64,000 nt of DNA from Raja brachyura (taxonomy: Eukaryota). The first letter of the stretch is position 1. Every line of letters begins with the position of its first letter. The position numbers and the translations under genes are program-made. Shown in pieces: positions 1-11,390 of the stretch. The DNA is taken from positions 17,980,001-18,044,000 of the forward strand of contig OY740787.1 of the NCBI GenBank assembly GCA_963514005.1. The letters run 5' to 3'. The notes beneath the pieces are model-generated. The model saw nothing but the letters and a program-made list of their open reading frames with translations. It did no database searches and was not told where the DNA came from.

Positions 1-19
1 ATCTTGAGAAAATGTTCAC

Positions 20-330
20 ACGTTCATGAGTGGATTAGCTTGTGGGTCACAAAACTGTCAAAACCTTCTCTTGAGACATTCCGGGACATCCGGCGACTCA
101 GCCGGGGTTTCACCATCGACAGGTTGATGAGTTATTTCCCCAGCCTACACAAGCTGTTGTGCTCATTTATAAGCTTCATCTCCTGCAAGTAGAAGGGCAT
201 ATTTGCTCGGACCACTGCAGACTTGTCATGAGAAGTTGCAGCAATGAACAAATCATACTGTCGCTCAAAGGAGTGGGTCAGGATTTCTGAAACCTTCAGC
301 CATGTCTGAGACGATGAAAAGCCTTGTAAA
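20..330 (-). pseudogene. Ancient non-LTR (CR1/L2-group) reverse transcriptase fossil
   Basis: Minus frame MPFYLQEMKLINEHNSLCRLGK*LINL...VSREGFDSFVTHKLIH resembles the RT motifs 'HLE.NNLI...QHGFRKGRSCLTNL' and 'DFSKAFD.V.H..LI'; contains stops. Confidence 0.5.
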
Positions 331-608
331 TAACAGCCAAAGCCAAACCGATATCCCAACTCCAACACCATGTGCAAAGTACTTATGACAGAGAGTCATT
401 ATATATCATAACAAGTACTTTAGTTTGCATACATACAGAGACCATCAAGATGTACTGTAGGCTCCGAATTGTAAGTTAAAACTAAAACACAACATGGCTG
501 CCCACATACACGAGGTGGCAATGATGTGGGAAACCTGACATGGATTATGGATCAGGTCATCAGCAGCAAACCAGGCACGGATCAAATCAGCAATACTGTT
601 TGATCTAT

Positions 609-930
609 AGGCGGCGTGGTAGCACAGCAGTAGAGTTGCTGCCTTACAGTGCTTGCAGCGGTGGAGACCCGGGTTCAATCCTGATTACGGCTGCTGTCTG
701 TTTATATGGAGTTTATACGTTCTTCTCATGACCTGTGTGGATTTTCTCTGAAATCTTCAGTTTCCTCCCACACTTCAAAGACGTACAGGTATGTAGATAA
801 ATTGGCTTGATAAATGTAAAACAACTCCCTAGTGTGTGTAGAATAGTGTTAATATGCGGGGATCGCTAGTCGGCGTGGACCCGGTGGGCCGAAGGGCCTG
901 TTTCCCTGCCGTATATCTAAAGTAAACTAA
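609..930 (+). mobile_element. HE1-type tRNA-derived V-SINE
   Basis: tRNA-like head with B box GGGTTCAATCC; V-domain (gtttcctcccacacttcaaagacgtacagg); CR1-like tail gggccgaagggcctgtttcc; (actaa)n end. Confidence 0.85.
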
Positions 931-1039
931 GTTCTGGCAGAAACAAAGGCACTGTGTGGCTGGTAGAGCTGCTGCCTCACATCAAAGATTTCTGTGGGGT
1001 GTTTGCAAATTGTACACTTCATCCAGTATGAGTTTGGAC

Positions 1040-1950
1040 ATTACAACACTGGTACAAGCCCTTTAGGCCCACAATGTCCGTCCAGAACAAGATGCCAAGA
1101 CTAAAGCTTATTTGTCCGTATAGAATTCATATCCCTGTATATTCATGTGCCTATCCAAACGTCTCTTAAATGCCACTATCACAAAAGAAACAAAATTAAG
1201 GTTTAATCATGGAGGCATTTTTTTGTAAATTTAGTTCTTGTATATGTGTGTTAGAAGTAATTCCAACAAACCCCGGTGTAAAAAAAAAACTTGCCCCACA
1301 CATGTGCTTTAAACTTTGCTGCTTTCACCTTAAACATATGCCTTCTACTATTTGATATCTCCATCCGAGGGAATACATTCTGACTGTCTCCCCTATCTGT
1401 GCCCCTCATAATTTTATATATTTCTATTCGGCCTCCCCGCAACCTCCGGCATTCCAGAAAAAACAATCAGCTAACACCCCCTAATCCAGACATTATTCTG
1501 CTCAATGTCCTCTGCACCCTTTCCAAAGCCTCCACATCATTCCTGTAATGGAACAACAAGAACTGCTTGTGCTCCAAATGTGGCCTAACCAAAGTCCTAT
1601 AACACTGCATCATGACTTCCTGACTCTTATATGCAATGCCTCAACCAATAAAGGCAAGCATAACCACATGATTTCTTTACCACTCAATCTGGTTGTGTTA
1701 CCATTTTCCGAGAGTTATTGACTTGGACCTCAGAATGCCTCTGTACATCGATGCTGTTAAGGGTCATGTCATTAATTGTATATCTCCCCCTTACATTCAA
1801 CCTCCCAAAGTGCAACACTTCACATTTCCATTCACTGGCCATTTCAATAGCTGATCTATATTCCACTGGATACATAGACAGCATTCCTCGTATTCCACGG
1901 CCCCAACAATCTTGGTGGCATCTGCAAACTTACTAACCAGCCCATCTACA
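1040..1950 (-). mobile_element. Degraded CR1 LINE 3' portion
   Basis: ORFs 1251-1466 (LECRRLRGGRIEIYKIMRG) and 1684-1884 (KCEVLHFGR) match the CR1 ORF2 C-terminus. Confidence 0.8.
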
Positions 1951-2384
1951 TTTTGATAGGTTAATTGCTGCCATAAATCTCCCTTTGTGTGTGGGAGAGT
2001 GGTAGAATCTGACAGTGGGTGGGAGAGGTGGAATTGATGGGACTGTGAGGCGAATAGTTTGCAGTCAAAATTAATGAAGAGTGGAATAGCTCAGTGAGCA
2101 GACAGAGACTTAATGGGCCAAAAGACATGGTGTCATAATGATTTATGGTTTGGTAAATCTGGAAGACCTCATCTTCAAAGCTCTCGGAGGCTGTGCATAA
2201 CACCAACATGTACACGTCCACATTAAAAGTTATGGGATATTTTTAATTAATATTCAAACTAATATTTTAATCTCATTTCTCTCCATTGTAAATGCATTAT
2301 CAAATAATGGAGTCCACGATTTTCCTCTGCTGCCTTTCCCACATTGCCTTGCACGTACGCCATGTATAATTGGCTGTCAGACCA

Positions 2385-2980
2385 TAAGTCAGTTTAAGAA
2401 TAAAGTGTTGGCCATTTAGGACTGAGAAGAGGAAAAACTTTTTCACCGAGGGAGTTGTGAATCTGTGGAATTCTCTGCCACATATGGCAGTGGAAGCCAA
2501 TTGATTGGATGTTTTCAAGACATAGTTAGATATAGCCCTTAGAGCTCACAGAATCAAGGGATATGAGGAAGCAGGAACGGGTTACTGATTTTGGATCATC
2601 AGCCATGATCATATTGAATGGCGATGCTGGCTCGAAGGGCCGAATGGCTTACTCCCGCACATATTTTCTATGTTTCTATGACATAGGAGCAGAATTAGGC
2701 CATTCAGTCCATTGAGTCTGTTCTGCCATCATGACTGATCTATTATTTCCCTCTCAACCCCATTCCCCTTCCTTCTCCCCGTAACCTTTGACGCCCTTAC
2801 TAATCAAGAACCTATAAATCTCCACTTTAAAAATGCCCAATGACTTGGCCTCCATATCCATCTGTGGTAATGAATTCCACAGATGCACCACCATCTGGCT
2901 GAAGAAATTCCTCCTCATCTCCATTCAAAAGGTACATCCTTTTATTGCGTAAGCTGAGGCTGTGACCTCAGATTCTCATA
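2385..2980. mobile_element. Two CR1 3' ends tail-to-tail (+ ~2385-2680, - ~2680-2980)
   Basis: RIKCWPFRTEKRKNFFTEGVVNLWNSLP, CR1 3'UTR ctcgaagggccgaatggc and ctatgttt tail, followed by an opposite-strand copy. Confidence 0.8.
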
Positions 2981-3167
2981 GAGTCAGCAGGTCATTTCAC
3001 TCTGGAAGAAATCATAGGCAAATCGTATTATATGCTCACCTGAAGCCATGCATTCTCTAACGCAAGTCATTAGGTAACAATTAAGAACTGAAGTGCTGGT
3101 AAATTTATTCCATTCGTGGCCCTGACAGACCCAGACCAGCTGGAGTCCCCTGACTGCTCTTGCTAAT

Positions 3168-3473
3168 TTTAGTTTAGAGATACAGCGCGGAAACAGACTC
3201 TTCGGCCCACCAAGTCCACGCCAACCAGCGATCCCCAAACTCTAACACTATCCTACACACACTAGGGACAATTTATAATTTTATCAAAGGCAATTAACCT
3301 CCAAACCTGTACATCTTTGGAATGTGGGAGGAAACCGATGATCCCGGAGAAAACCCAAGCATGGGGGTCATGGGGAGAACGTACAAATTCCGTACAGACA
3401 AGTACCTGTAGTCAGGATCAAATCTGGGTTCTCTGGCGCTGTAAGGCAGCATCTCTACAGCTGTGCCACCGTG
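3168..3473 (-). mobile_element. HE1-type V-SINE
   Basis: Reverse complement of the head, V-domain and tail seen at 609-930. Confidence 0.85.
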
Positions 3474-4416
3474 ACTGCTCTTGCTAATATTTCCAAATGA
3501 TTGTTATATGCCCTGACCGAATGCGAGAGGGGTGCAGTTAATTTTCTACCAACCAGTCCCAGATATGCTGAGTTGAGAAGCATTCCAGACAGATAGAGTG
3601 CATCAAAGTGCGAGGAATTAAGACTGTAACACCCACATCCTGCCCCCTCTGCACATGATTAAGGGCCTGCTGTTAATGTTTTGCATTTACAATCGTGGAC
3701 TGTGAGGTCCCAGCCTTATAAATAGAAGTAAATCTGCATTTTTATTACCCGGCTAGGATTTAAATCAATGCCTTGGGATTTGAGGAGATTATGTAGCAAA
3801 AACATGTTCCTTTTGTTTGCTTTAACTCCATCAGGGCAAATGTTTAAAGTGTGATATACATTGGAATAGACTTGTTTATTAGAATTGTCAGAAGAATCTA
3901 GGGCCCCTTCCTTCAGCTATGTTTCTGCAATCTAAACAGCTGTGTCAGAAGGATATTTAAGAATCCAACATTAAGCATGGGAGGTAGAAAGCCATTCTCA
4001 GGAAATTCTACTTCTTTCCAAAATCGATGTAAAAATGTTTAAATTGTTCTGTATTTTTTGTACTGTCAAAGCAAAATAACAGAAATCAACTGTCTCTTAT
4101 TGCTAATTTCAAAATAACAGATAATACTCATGAAATTGTAGTTATCCCAAAGAGTTTAATTTAGCTGTGTCTCTAGCCCTGTGGGGACTCGGATGCAACA
4201 TTGAGTGGTGTAATGAAGGCTGCTGTTGACAACAGTAGTTCCCCAGCTATTCTGTTTGTAGGATGTAATTTTTTTTTTCTTTTTCAAGTGGATTTCACTA
4301 ACAATAATAATATTCAGTTTATGTTCCCCTCTGATACACCTCTTTGTGGAACCCTAACACGTTGAATGTTGGTCACCAATACAAGGGCAGAGAGGAATGT
4401 AAATCCCACATCCACA

Positions 4417-4750
4417 GGGTGGCACGGTGGTGCAGCAGTAGAGTTGCTGCCTTACAGCGCCGGAGACCCGGTTCGATCCTGACTACGGTTGCAGTCTGTA
4501 CGGAGTTTGTACGTTCTCCCCGTGATCTGCGTGGGTTTCACTGAGATTTTCACTTTCCTCCCACACTCCAAAGACCTACAGTTTTGTAGGTTAGTTGACG
4601 TGGTATAAATGTAAATTGTCCCTGGTATGTGTAAGATAGTGTAGGGAGCGGTTGAGGAAGTGGAGTAACATAGGACCAGTCAGTGTGGACTCAGTGGGCC
4701 GAAGGGCCTGTTCCCGCGCTGTTTCTCTAAACAAAACTGAACCAAACTAG
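4417..4750 (+). mobile_element. HE1-type V-SINE
   Basis: gggtggcacggtggtgcagcagtagag...ggttcgatcc...V-domain...gggccgaagggcctg. Confidence 0.85.
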
Positions 4751-4949
4751 AACTTGCACGTTTAAACCTAAGCTAAGATAAATAAGAGTCCTATGAACAT
4801 ATAGTCTTACAATGGAAGCTCAATTCAATGTCATTGAGGGACATGGAATAATGTTAGCAAAATGGAGGTTGGCTAGAAATCATTTCAGCTCAAATTGAAT
4901 AGGTTGAATGGGCTTCTCCTGGTACCATGCTCCTATTTAGTGGCATGTT

Positions 4950-5262
4950 TAATTTAGAGATACAGCATGGAAACAGGTCCTTCAACATTCTGAGTCCATA
5001 CGAACCATCAATCAATCATTTTCACAGATCCTATGTTCCCCACTTCCTCAACCCCTCCCTACATGGTAGGTGTTTACAGAGGCCAATTAACCAACAAACC
5101 CACACGTTTTGGGAGTGGGATGAATCTGGAGCATCCGGAGGAAACCCACAAGGTCACAGGAAGAACGTGCAAACTCCACACAGACACCACCCGAGGTCAG
5201 TATCGAAGCCGGGTCTCTGGCACTGTGAGGCAGCAGCTCTACCATCTGCAGCACTGGGTGCT
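4950..5262 (-). mobile_element. HE1-type V-SINE (diverged)
   Basis: Similarity to other copies in the window. Confidence 0.75.
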
Positions 5263-5289
5263 GACCTGTGCCAACCTGAATAACTAGAC

Positions 5290-5455
5290 ATGTCTGAACA
5301 AGGGTCTTGACCCGAAATGTGTCTGAAGAAGTGTCTAGACCCAAAATGTCACCCATTCTTTCTCTCCAGAGATGCTGCCTGTCGCGCAGAGTTACTCCAG
5401 CTTTTTGTGTCTATCTTCGGTTTGAACCAGAATCTGCAGTTCCTTACTACACAAC
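5290..5455 (+). mobile_element. Penelope-like pseudo-LTR with two tandem degenerate hammerhead motifs
   Basis: ctgaacaagggtcttgacccgaaatgt, then ctgaagaagtgtctagacccaaaatgtc, then the recurrent agatgctgcc...gagttactccagc block. Confidence 0.65.
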
Positions 5456-5654
5456 CAGATATGGGAATTTGAATCCCACCATAGCAACTAGGACATATCA
5501 ATGTGATTGAATAATGTGTGAAATATAATTCATGGTGAACATTAATGCTGTTAAATGCATCTGCTTCATTGACACCTCTTCAGGGAAGAGAATCATGCAA
5601 CCAGTTGGGATTATTTAACTTCAGATTGCCAAAGAGGTTCACTTTTGCCCTCTG

Positions 5655-5950
5655 GGTGGCCAAGTTGGTTGAACTGCTACCTCGCCATGGCAGAGGCCCG
5701 GATTCAATTCTGACACCGGGTGCTGTCTGTGTGGAGTGAGCACGTTCTCCCTGTGACCACGTGGTTTCCCCCTGCTTCCTCCCACATGCAGGTTTGTAGG
5801 CTCGTGGGCCTCTGTGAATTGCCCCGAGTGTGGATGCAGATGTATGATAGAATAGATCTAGTATGAATGGGTTATCGCTGATCAGCATGCACTTGGTGGG
5901 CCGAAGGGCCTGTTCCCATGCTGCATCTTTCATACAATCACTCATGTCTA
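5655..5950 (+). mobile_element. HE1-type V-SINE (diverged)
   Basis: Head and tail similarity to other copies. Confidence 0.7.
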
Positions 5951-6161
5951 AACAATAATTGTTGGATTTGCCAGTAACACCCACATTCAAGAACTAAATT
6001 CACAAAAAATGCCTCTGTGATTAAACAATAATTTTGTTTCTTTTGCGATCGATGCTGCCTGACCTGTTGAGTTTTGTTCTTTTGCTATAAACACTTACAG
6101 CATTTTTTATTTTTGCGTTAGGAAATTTACCAAATGGGCTGAATAAGAAAATCTACCATTA

Positions 6162-6770
6162 TAGCACCCCCTCTATGGCAAGAATGTCTTTCCTCAGATT
6201 TGGAGACCAAAACTGTACGCAATACTCCAGGTGTGGTCTCACCAAAACCCTGTACAACTGCAGCAGAACCTCCCTGCTCCTATACTCAAATCCTTTTGCT
6301 ATGAATGCTAACATACCATTCGCTTTCTTCGCAGCAGGCAGTGCGAATGTCAGGACTTTCATATGAGGAAAGACTGGATAGACTCGGCTTGTACTCGCTA
6401 GAATTTAGAAGATTGAGGGGGGGTCTTGTAGAAACTTACAAGATTCTTAAGGGGTTGGACAGGCTAGATGCAGGAAGATTGTTCCCGATGTTGGGGAGGT
6501 CCAGAACAAGAGGTCACAGTTTAAGGTTAAGGGGGAATTCCTTTAGGACCGAACTTCATTCCCAGAACTAGAGCGGCTCTGAACCGGCCCTGCTGAGTAC
6601 CCCCCCCCCCCCCCCCCCCACCCCCATGGACTCTCCCCCGGCCTCGCACTTTAGTCTGTGTTGATGTTACTGGTCAAATGTTCGTTTTTACAAACCTTGT
6701 TCTCGGGGGTTGCTAACCGAAATCTCGAAGTTGCAAAGCAAATCTCGTTGCACTTATGTGTAATAAAAGA

Positions 6771-6803
<33 letters not shown>

Positions 6804-7062
6804 GAGGAAAACATTTTTCACACAGAGAGGGGCGAGTCTCTGGAATTCACTGCCACAGAAGGTAGTTGAGGCCTGTTAATTGGCTATATTTAAGATGGAG
6901 TTAGATGTGGCCCTTGTGGCTAAAGGGATCGGGGGTGTGGAGAGAAGGCAGGTACAGGATACTGAGATGAATGATCAGCCATGATCATATTGAATGGCGG
7001 TGAAGGCTCAAAGGGCCGAATGGCTTACTCCTGCACCTATTTTCTATGTTTCCATGTTTCTA
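6162..7062 (+). mobile_element. Young CR1 3' fragment with an inverted 5' segment (6162-6330), interrupted by another LINE tail
   Basis: Minus ORF KKANGMLAFIAKG...LAIEGV abuts plus ORF MSGLSYEERLDRLG; these are near-contiguous parts of one ORF2. Ends in (tatgtttc)n. Confidence 0.9.
6553..6801 (+). mobile_element. Rex1/L2-group LINE 3' end inserted in CR1
   Basis: Splits CR1 FRTE|MRKTFF; encodes an ORF end (FIPRTRAALNRPC*), poly-C, aataaa and an (att)n tail. Confidence 0.6.
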
Positions 7063-7754
7063 TATAAACTCTATTTTGAGTGGTACAGTGTGAAAACAGG
7101 CCCTTTTACCCAACTTGACCACACCGGCCAACACAGCTAAACTAGTCCCACCTGCCTGTGTTTGGTCCATATCCCTTCAAACCTGTCCTATCCATCTATC
7201 CTATTAATTTGTCATTCTATTTAATACTTCATAAACATAAACACTGGATTAGTGGCCAGTATCTATTTGTAACAGCTGAAGCAAGTTGTAGATGGCACAA
7301 ATTAGCTTCTTGTGCCGAAAGAAAATCATTTCATAGCTGTGCATAGCCATTATGGTGAAATGATAATCCATTATAAGCAACTGCGCTTGTTTTCCTCTAA
7401 TGTGTACAGTATATAGTGGGCAAGGATATTCCCTGTTGCACAAATATTTAATAATGTGGTAAATTTCTTCAGTGGCTATGGGAAAATTGCTCATGTATAA
7501 TTAAACCAGAGCTCATCAGAAGAAAAATGTAAAATGGTTCATATTATAATTAGTAGTGTTGCAATGGAAGTACAGTACATGGGTGCCATTGATCCTCTTA
7601 ATAGTACCTCTTCAAGTGAGTGTTATGGGAGAGAGGGAAGAAATATTCCAGTGTTAACTGTCCATATTTTCAGCAGAAAATATCCAGGTCTGGTCTGTCT
7701 GAATAAATTTCTCCTAAGTACTGTCTGTATCTCTCATTGCTTTCCCACTTACTC

Positions 7755-9695
7755 TCAGTCTGAAGAACCCTCTTCGAAGTCAGCTAGTGCCTGACTTCTG
7801 GCGCTCCCTATTGAGGAGGGAAAGATGTTGGACAGCCCTGTCATGGGCCCTGCCATGTTTCTTCGGGATCCTAGGAACGCACGCTCCTGATGGAGTAAGT
7901 CCCTTTCGAGCAGCTGCTCGACCATGCGCTCTATTCGAACAATGCTACCGCCGCCGCTATCTGCGGACGGCAAGTCATCTTCCCCAAGTTCAGATGAACA
8001 AATGGGGCCTCTACCGACAGTCCGCACCTCGTCGAGGTGATGTCTATGGGACTGAGGTAGGTAGTTGGTGCCAGCCGCTCCTACGGGGCTACACGACTCC
8101 CGCATGGATTTGCCGCTTGTCCTTGGTCTTCCGGACTGAAGCGGTGGAGAGCTGGTGCCAGCCGCTCCAGCGGGGCTACACGACATCCGCGCGGGCTTGC
8201 CGCCAGTTCCGTGTCTTCGGGACTGATGTGATGCAAAGTCGGTGCCAGCCGCTCCAATGGAGCTACACGACTTTTGTGTGGTTTTGCCACCGGCCCGCAG
8301 TCTAGCGGACTGAAGCGGTGGAGAGTCGGTGCCAGCCGCTCCAACGGGGCTACACGACTTTTGTGTGGTTTTGCCACTGGTCCGCCCTCTTGCGAACTGA
8401 TGTGGTGGTGAGTCGGGGTGTCCCTTAACCGGGCCCCGTATTCCGCACTTTTTTGCCGCTGGCCTGTTTTCGTACAGACTGAAGCGGTGGGGAGTCGGGG
8501 TCTTAGCTACCCTGATCCCGCGCAGTCCTACCGCCAGTATGCAGCTCCCTGGACTGCTGCGGTGGAGTCGGGTCCCGACTGAGCGGGGCTCCCCGACTTC
8601 TGCGCTGTCTTCCCGGCCCAAGGTACCGGTGCTGCCGGAAATCAACGGTCAACTCCGGGAATGTTGGCCGCCGACCTCGCTCCGAAATCCCGCGGTCTTC
8701 AATGGCATGCTTGAAGCAGCCTTCTTTTTGCTCCTTTTCTGCATTACGAAGTTTCTGTAAGGGTTTAAACAATACAAAAACCCAACCAACTTAAGGTTAG
8801 TACAACTTACCTGTTGGTCATATTTCCGTCAGGTTTGGCCTTTGGTGGAGCAGCGCTTCCCCCCCAGCCAGACGTTGCGTAATGCGATTCCCTCCTACAG
8901 AGTCAGCCTAGACCTGACTCCTTATGCTCCCCTGCGAAGAGGGTGAGCATTTGGCAGCCCTGTAAAGGGAACTGCCATGGGTCTACTCGGAGACCCATGG
9001 TGACCAGACTCCTGCTGGAGTGTGTCACGTTGGAGGTAGTGCTCCCCACCTGCTCATGCGGGAATAAAGACTGCCCCAAACGGCAAGTCTGTGAGCCCGA
9101 ACCCCGCCGGGTCAATGGTATGCTGCATCCAGGCGTTGTGCCGCCTGTGTTTGAGTCGGGGCCCCGGCTCTGTCTCGGAGCTCCCGACTTCCAGGTAGCG
9201 TTACCATCAGTCCACGTGATCCTGCGGGCTGCGGTGCTTAAGTCGGGCTGCCGCTCTGCCGTCACTACCCGCGAACGGCGAGTCTGTGAGCCCAGACCCT
9301 GCCAGGTCGAAGGGCTGCCCGACTTCCCGGTATATAGTGATACCGCCAGTCCGCGGTGTTCCTGGGGCTGCGGTGTTAAGTCGGGGCTGCCGCTCTGCCG
9401 TTGCTGCCTGCGAACGGCGAGTCTGTGAGCCCGGACCCTGCTGGGTCAACGGGCTGCCCGACTTCTGTGGCGAGTTCTGCCGCCGCTGATTGCCCGCGGT
9501 CCGCACTCAGTCTCTTGAGGCGGCCCGTTGGTGGGGTACTCTGTCCCACAGAGTCCCTGAAAGAAAAAAACCTTACCTGCAGGTCCGTTCCAGTGGGGGA
9601 GCGATCCTCCACCCTGCCTGTCGTTTCGCATGCGGTCGATGAGGCATGCTGGCGGGGTCTTCACGAAGTCACTCACGTGACTCTGAAGTAAAATA
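7755..9695 (-). mobile_element. DIRS-type tyrosine-recombinase retrotransposon: left terminus and ORF1 (gag-like) remnant
   Basis: Terminus TTTTACTTCAGAGTCACGTGAGTGACTTCGTGAAGA (9693 downward) matches the ICR of the DIRS end at 63842-63878; GC-rich 296-aa ORF at 7755-8645. Confidence 0.75.
8067..8420 (-). repeat. 87-bp (29-aa) coding tandem repeat, about 4 units
   Basis: ggtgccagccgctcc recurs at 8067, 8154, 8241 and 8328. Confidence 0.9.
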
Positions 9696-11174
9696 TTGTA
9701 TTGTATTGTATAATGGGCTGAAGGGGCTGTTTCTGTGCTGCTTGACTGAGATGAACATGTTTAACATGTCCCTCTTTTGTGTAAAAACTTGTCTATTTTC
9801 CTATTGTCATCCTGTTACCAGAGGGGAGTTGATAAATATGCAACCACTTCTCTTAAAATCTGGTCTCTTGAAGAAGAACGACCAGAGCTTTGCAAACCTG
9901 AATTTTGCTGATTGATAGAGCTCAGCTATTCAACGCGGTAATCAACTGTACCTACAAGGCACTTTGAAAGAGACACAAAGCGCTGGAGTAATGCAGCGGG
10001 TCAGGCAGCATCTGTGGACGACATTTCAGGTTGGGACCCTTTATTAGGATATTTACATTGAGCCAGTTAAGGAGGTAATGGAGCAAATAACTAGATGCTT
10101 TGGTACAGAGAGAAATTGCAAAGAGGTTTTGAAAGGAGGAAAGAATAAACGAGGCAAGGTTGTTTCAGGTGAAATGCTTACATTACATTCCAACACTATT
10201 TAAATGTATTCACTATTTGAATGACTCATTTGCAATAAATAAATTAACACCCACTATGGAATTGTGCAGGGATAAGTTAAGGCAACATGTTCATAAGTGC
10301 GCTAAAATAACGCAAGGAAAAAACGAACCCCTCTAATAGCTTCAAAATCACCAATTGCAACTCCCACTTCGCATTTGATAACTTTCATCAGAATATGTAT
10401 TCCCAAGTTTTGTTCTCCATCACAATCTGCATAGTTGGCTGCGTTTGATAATTGGAGAGAATGTGTTGCCATGAACGCTGGGTCTGCAATGCAGTTTGCA
10501 TGCTTTCAGTGTATTTCTTAACCTTTTAATAATGGATAATCATCAGACCATGAAGGCCCGTTGGTGCCCTGCAGTGGACTGGGAGGAAATGGCCGAGCCT
10601 TGCCTGATAACAAATCATTTTCTTCCTACAAATGTCATCTGAATGATAAGTCTTTGAAACTGATGATACGTTTATTTGAAATACCTCTGGGGTAAAAGGA
10701 AAGGTGACAGCAACTGGGAGTGAACCATACTTCAGTCGGGCTTAAACCCAGGTGTCTGTCTGATTCACCGACAAGGTCCATTAAACGACTTTACATTTAC
10801 GGCTTTGTTGACAGATGCCAAGGATCTCGGTTTGAACTTGCGGATCAAAATATTCACGTACATTCTGGATGTCATTCTCTGGGTTTGAATTTGCTATTGC
10901 ACAGATGTAATGTACAGCAGGGGTGCAATCTACTGTGTAAGGGGTCATATGTGAAGGGAGCAAGCAAAGCTGCAGCACCTCCTAGCATTTCTCCACACAG
11001 AACATTACATCACTTTGAAGGCATTTCTATATGTCATTCCAAAACTAGCAAATTTAAATTGCTTCATATGCCCTTGGCTGTGAAACTATGTATGTTCGTT
11101 CCCCTAGTTGAGTGTGCTTTGCCACAAGGAATTGGCCTGATGGTAATGGTGCATTGAAATTAAATACAAACCTT

Positions 11175-11390
11175 TCTCCCAGAGTGGAAATGTCCAACAC
11201 CAGCGGGCATAGCTATAAGGTGAGAGGGGGAAAGTTTAATGGAGATTGCAGGGCAAGTTATTTTTGCGCAGAATGGTGGGGCTCTGGAACACATTGCCAG
11301 GGGGTGATGGCGGAGGCAGATACAATAGTGGCATTTAAAAGGCTTTTTGGTAGCCACATGGAATACCAAGGAATAGAGGAATATGGATCA
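11175..11390 (+). mobile_element. Old CR1 3' end (continues at 13991-14012 and 14757-14835)
   Basis: PRVEMSNTSGHSYKVRGGKF; its 3'UTR resumes after two younger insertions. Confidence 0.75.

Noticed and set aside
428-476. Possible host micro-exon (cag|AGACCATCAAG...GAATT|gtaagt)
   Set aside because: Weak polypyrimidine tract, unrecognisable peptide and no partner exons; cannot be supported without RNA data.
609-690. tRNA genes at SINE heads (also 4417, 41110, 63065)
   Set aside because: A/B boxes are present but there is no full cloverleaf, and each continues into the V-domain and LINE tail.
10720-11157. 145-aa ORF in non-repetitive DNA
   Set aside because: Non-ATG start, no recognisable motif and no consistent splice sites.
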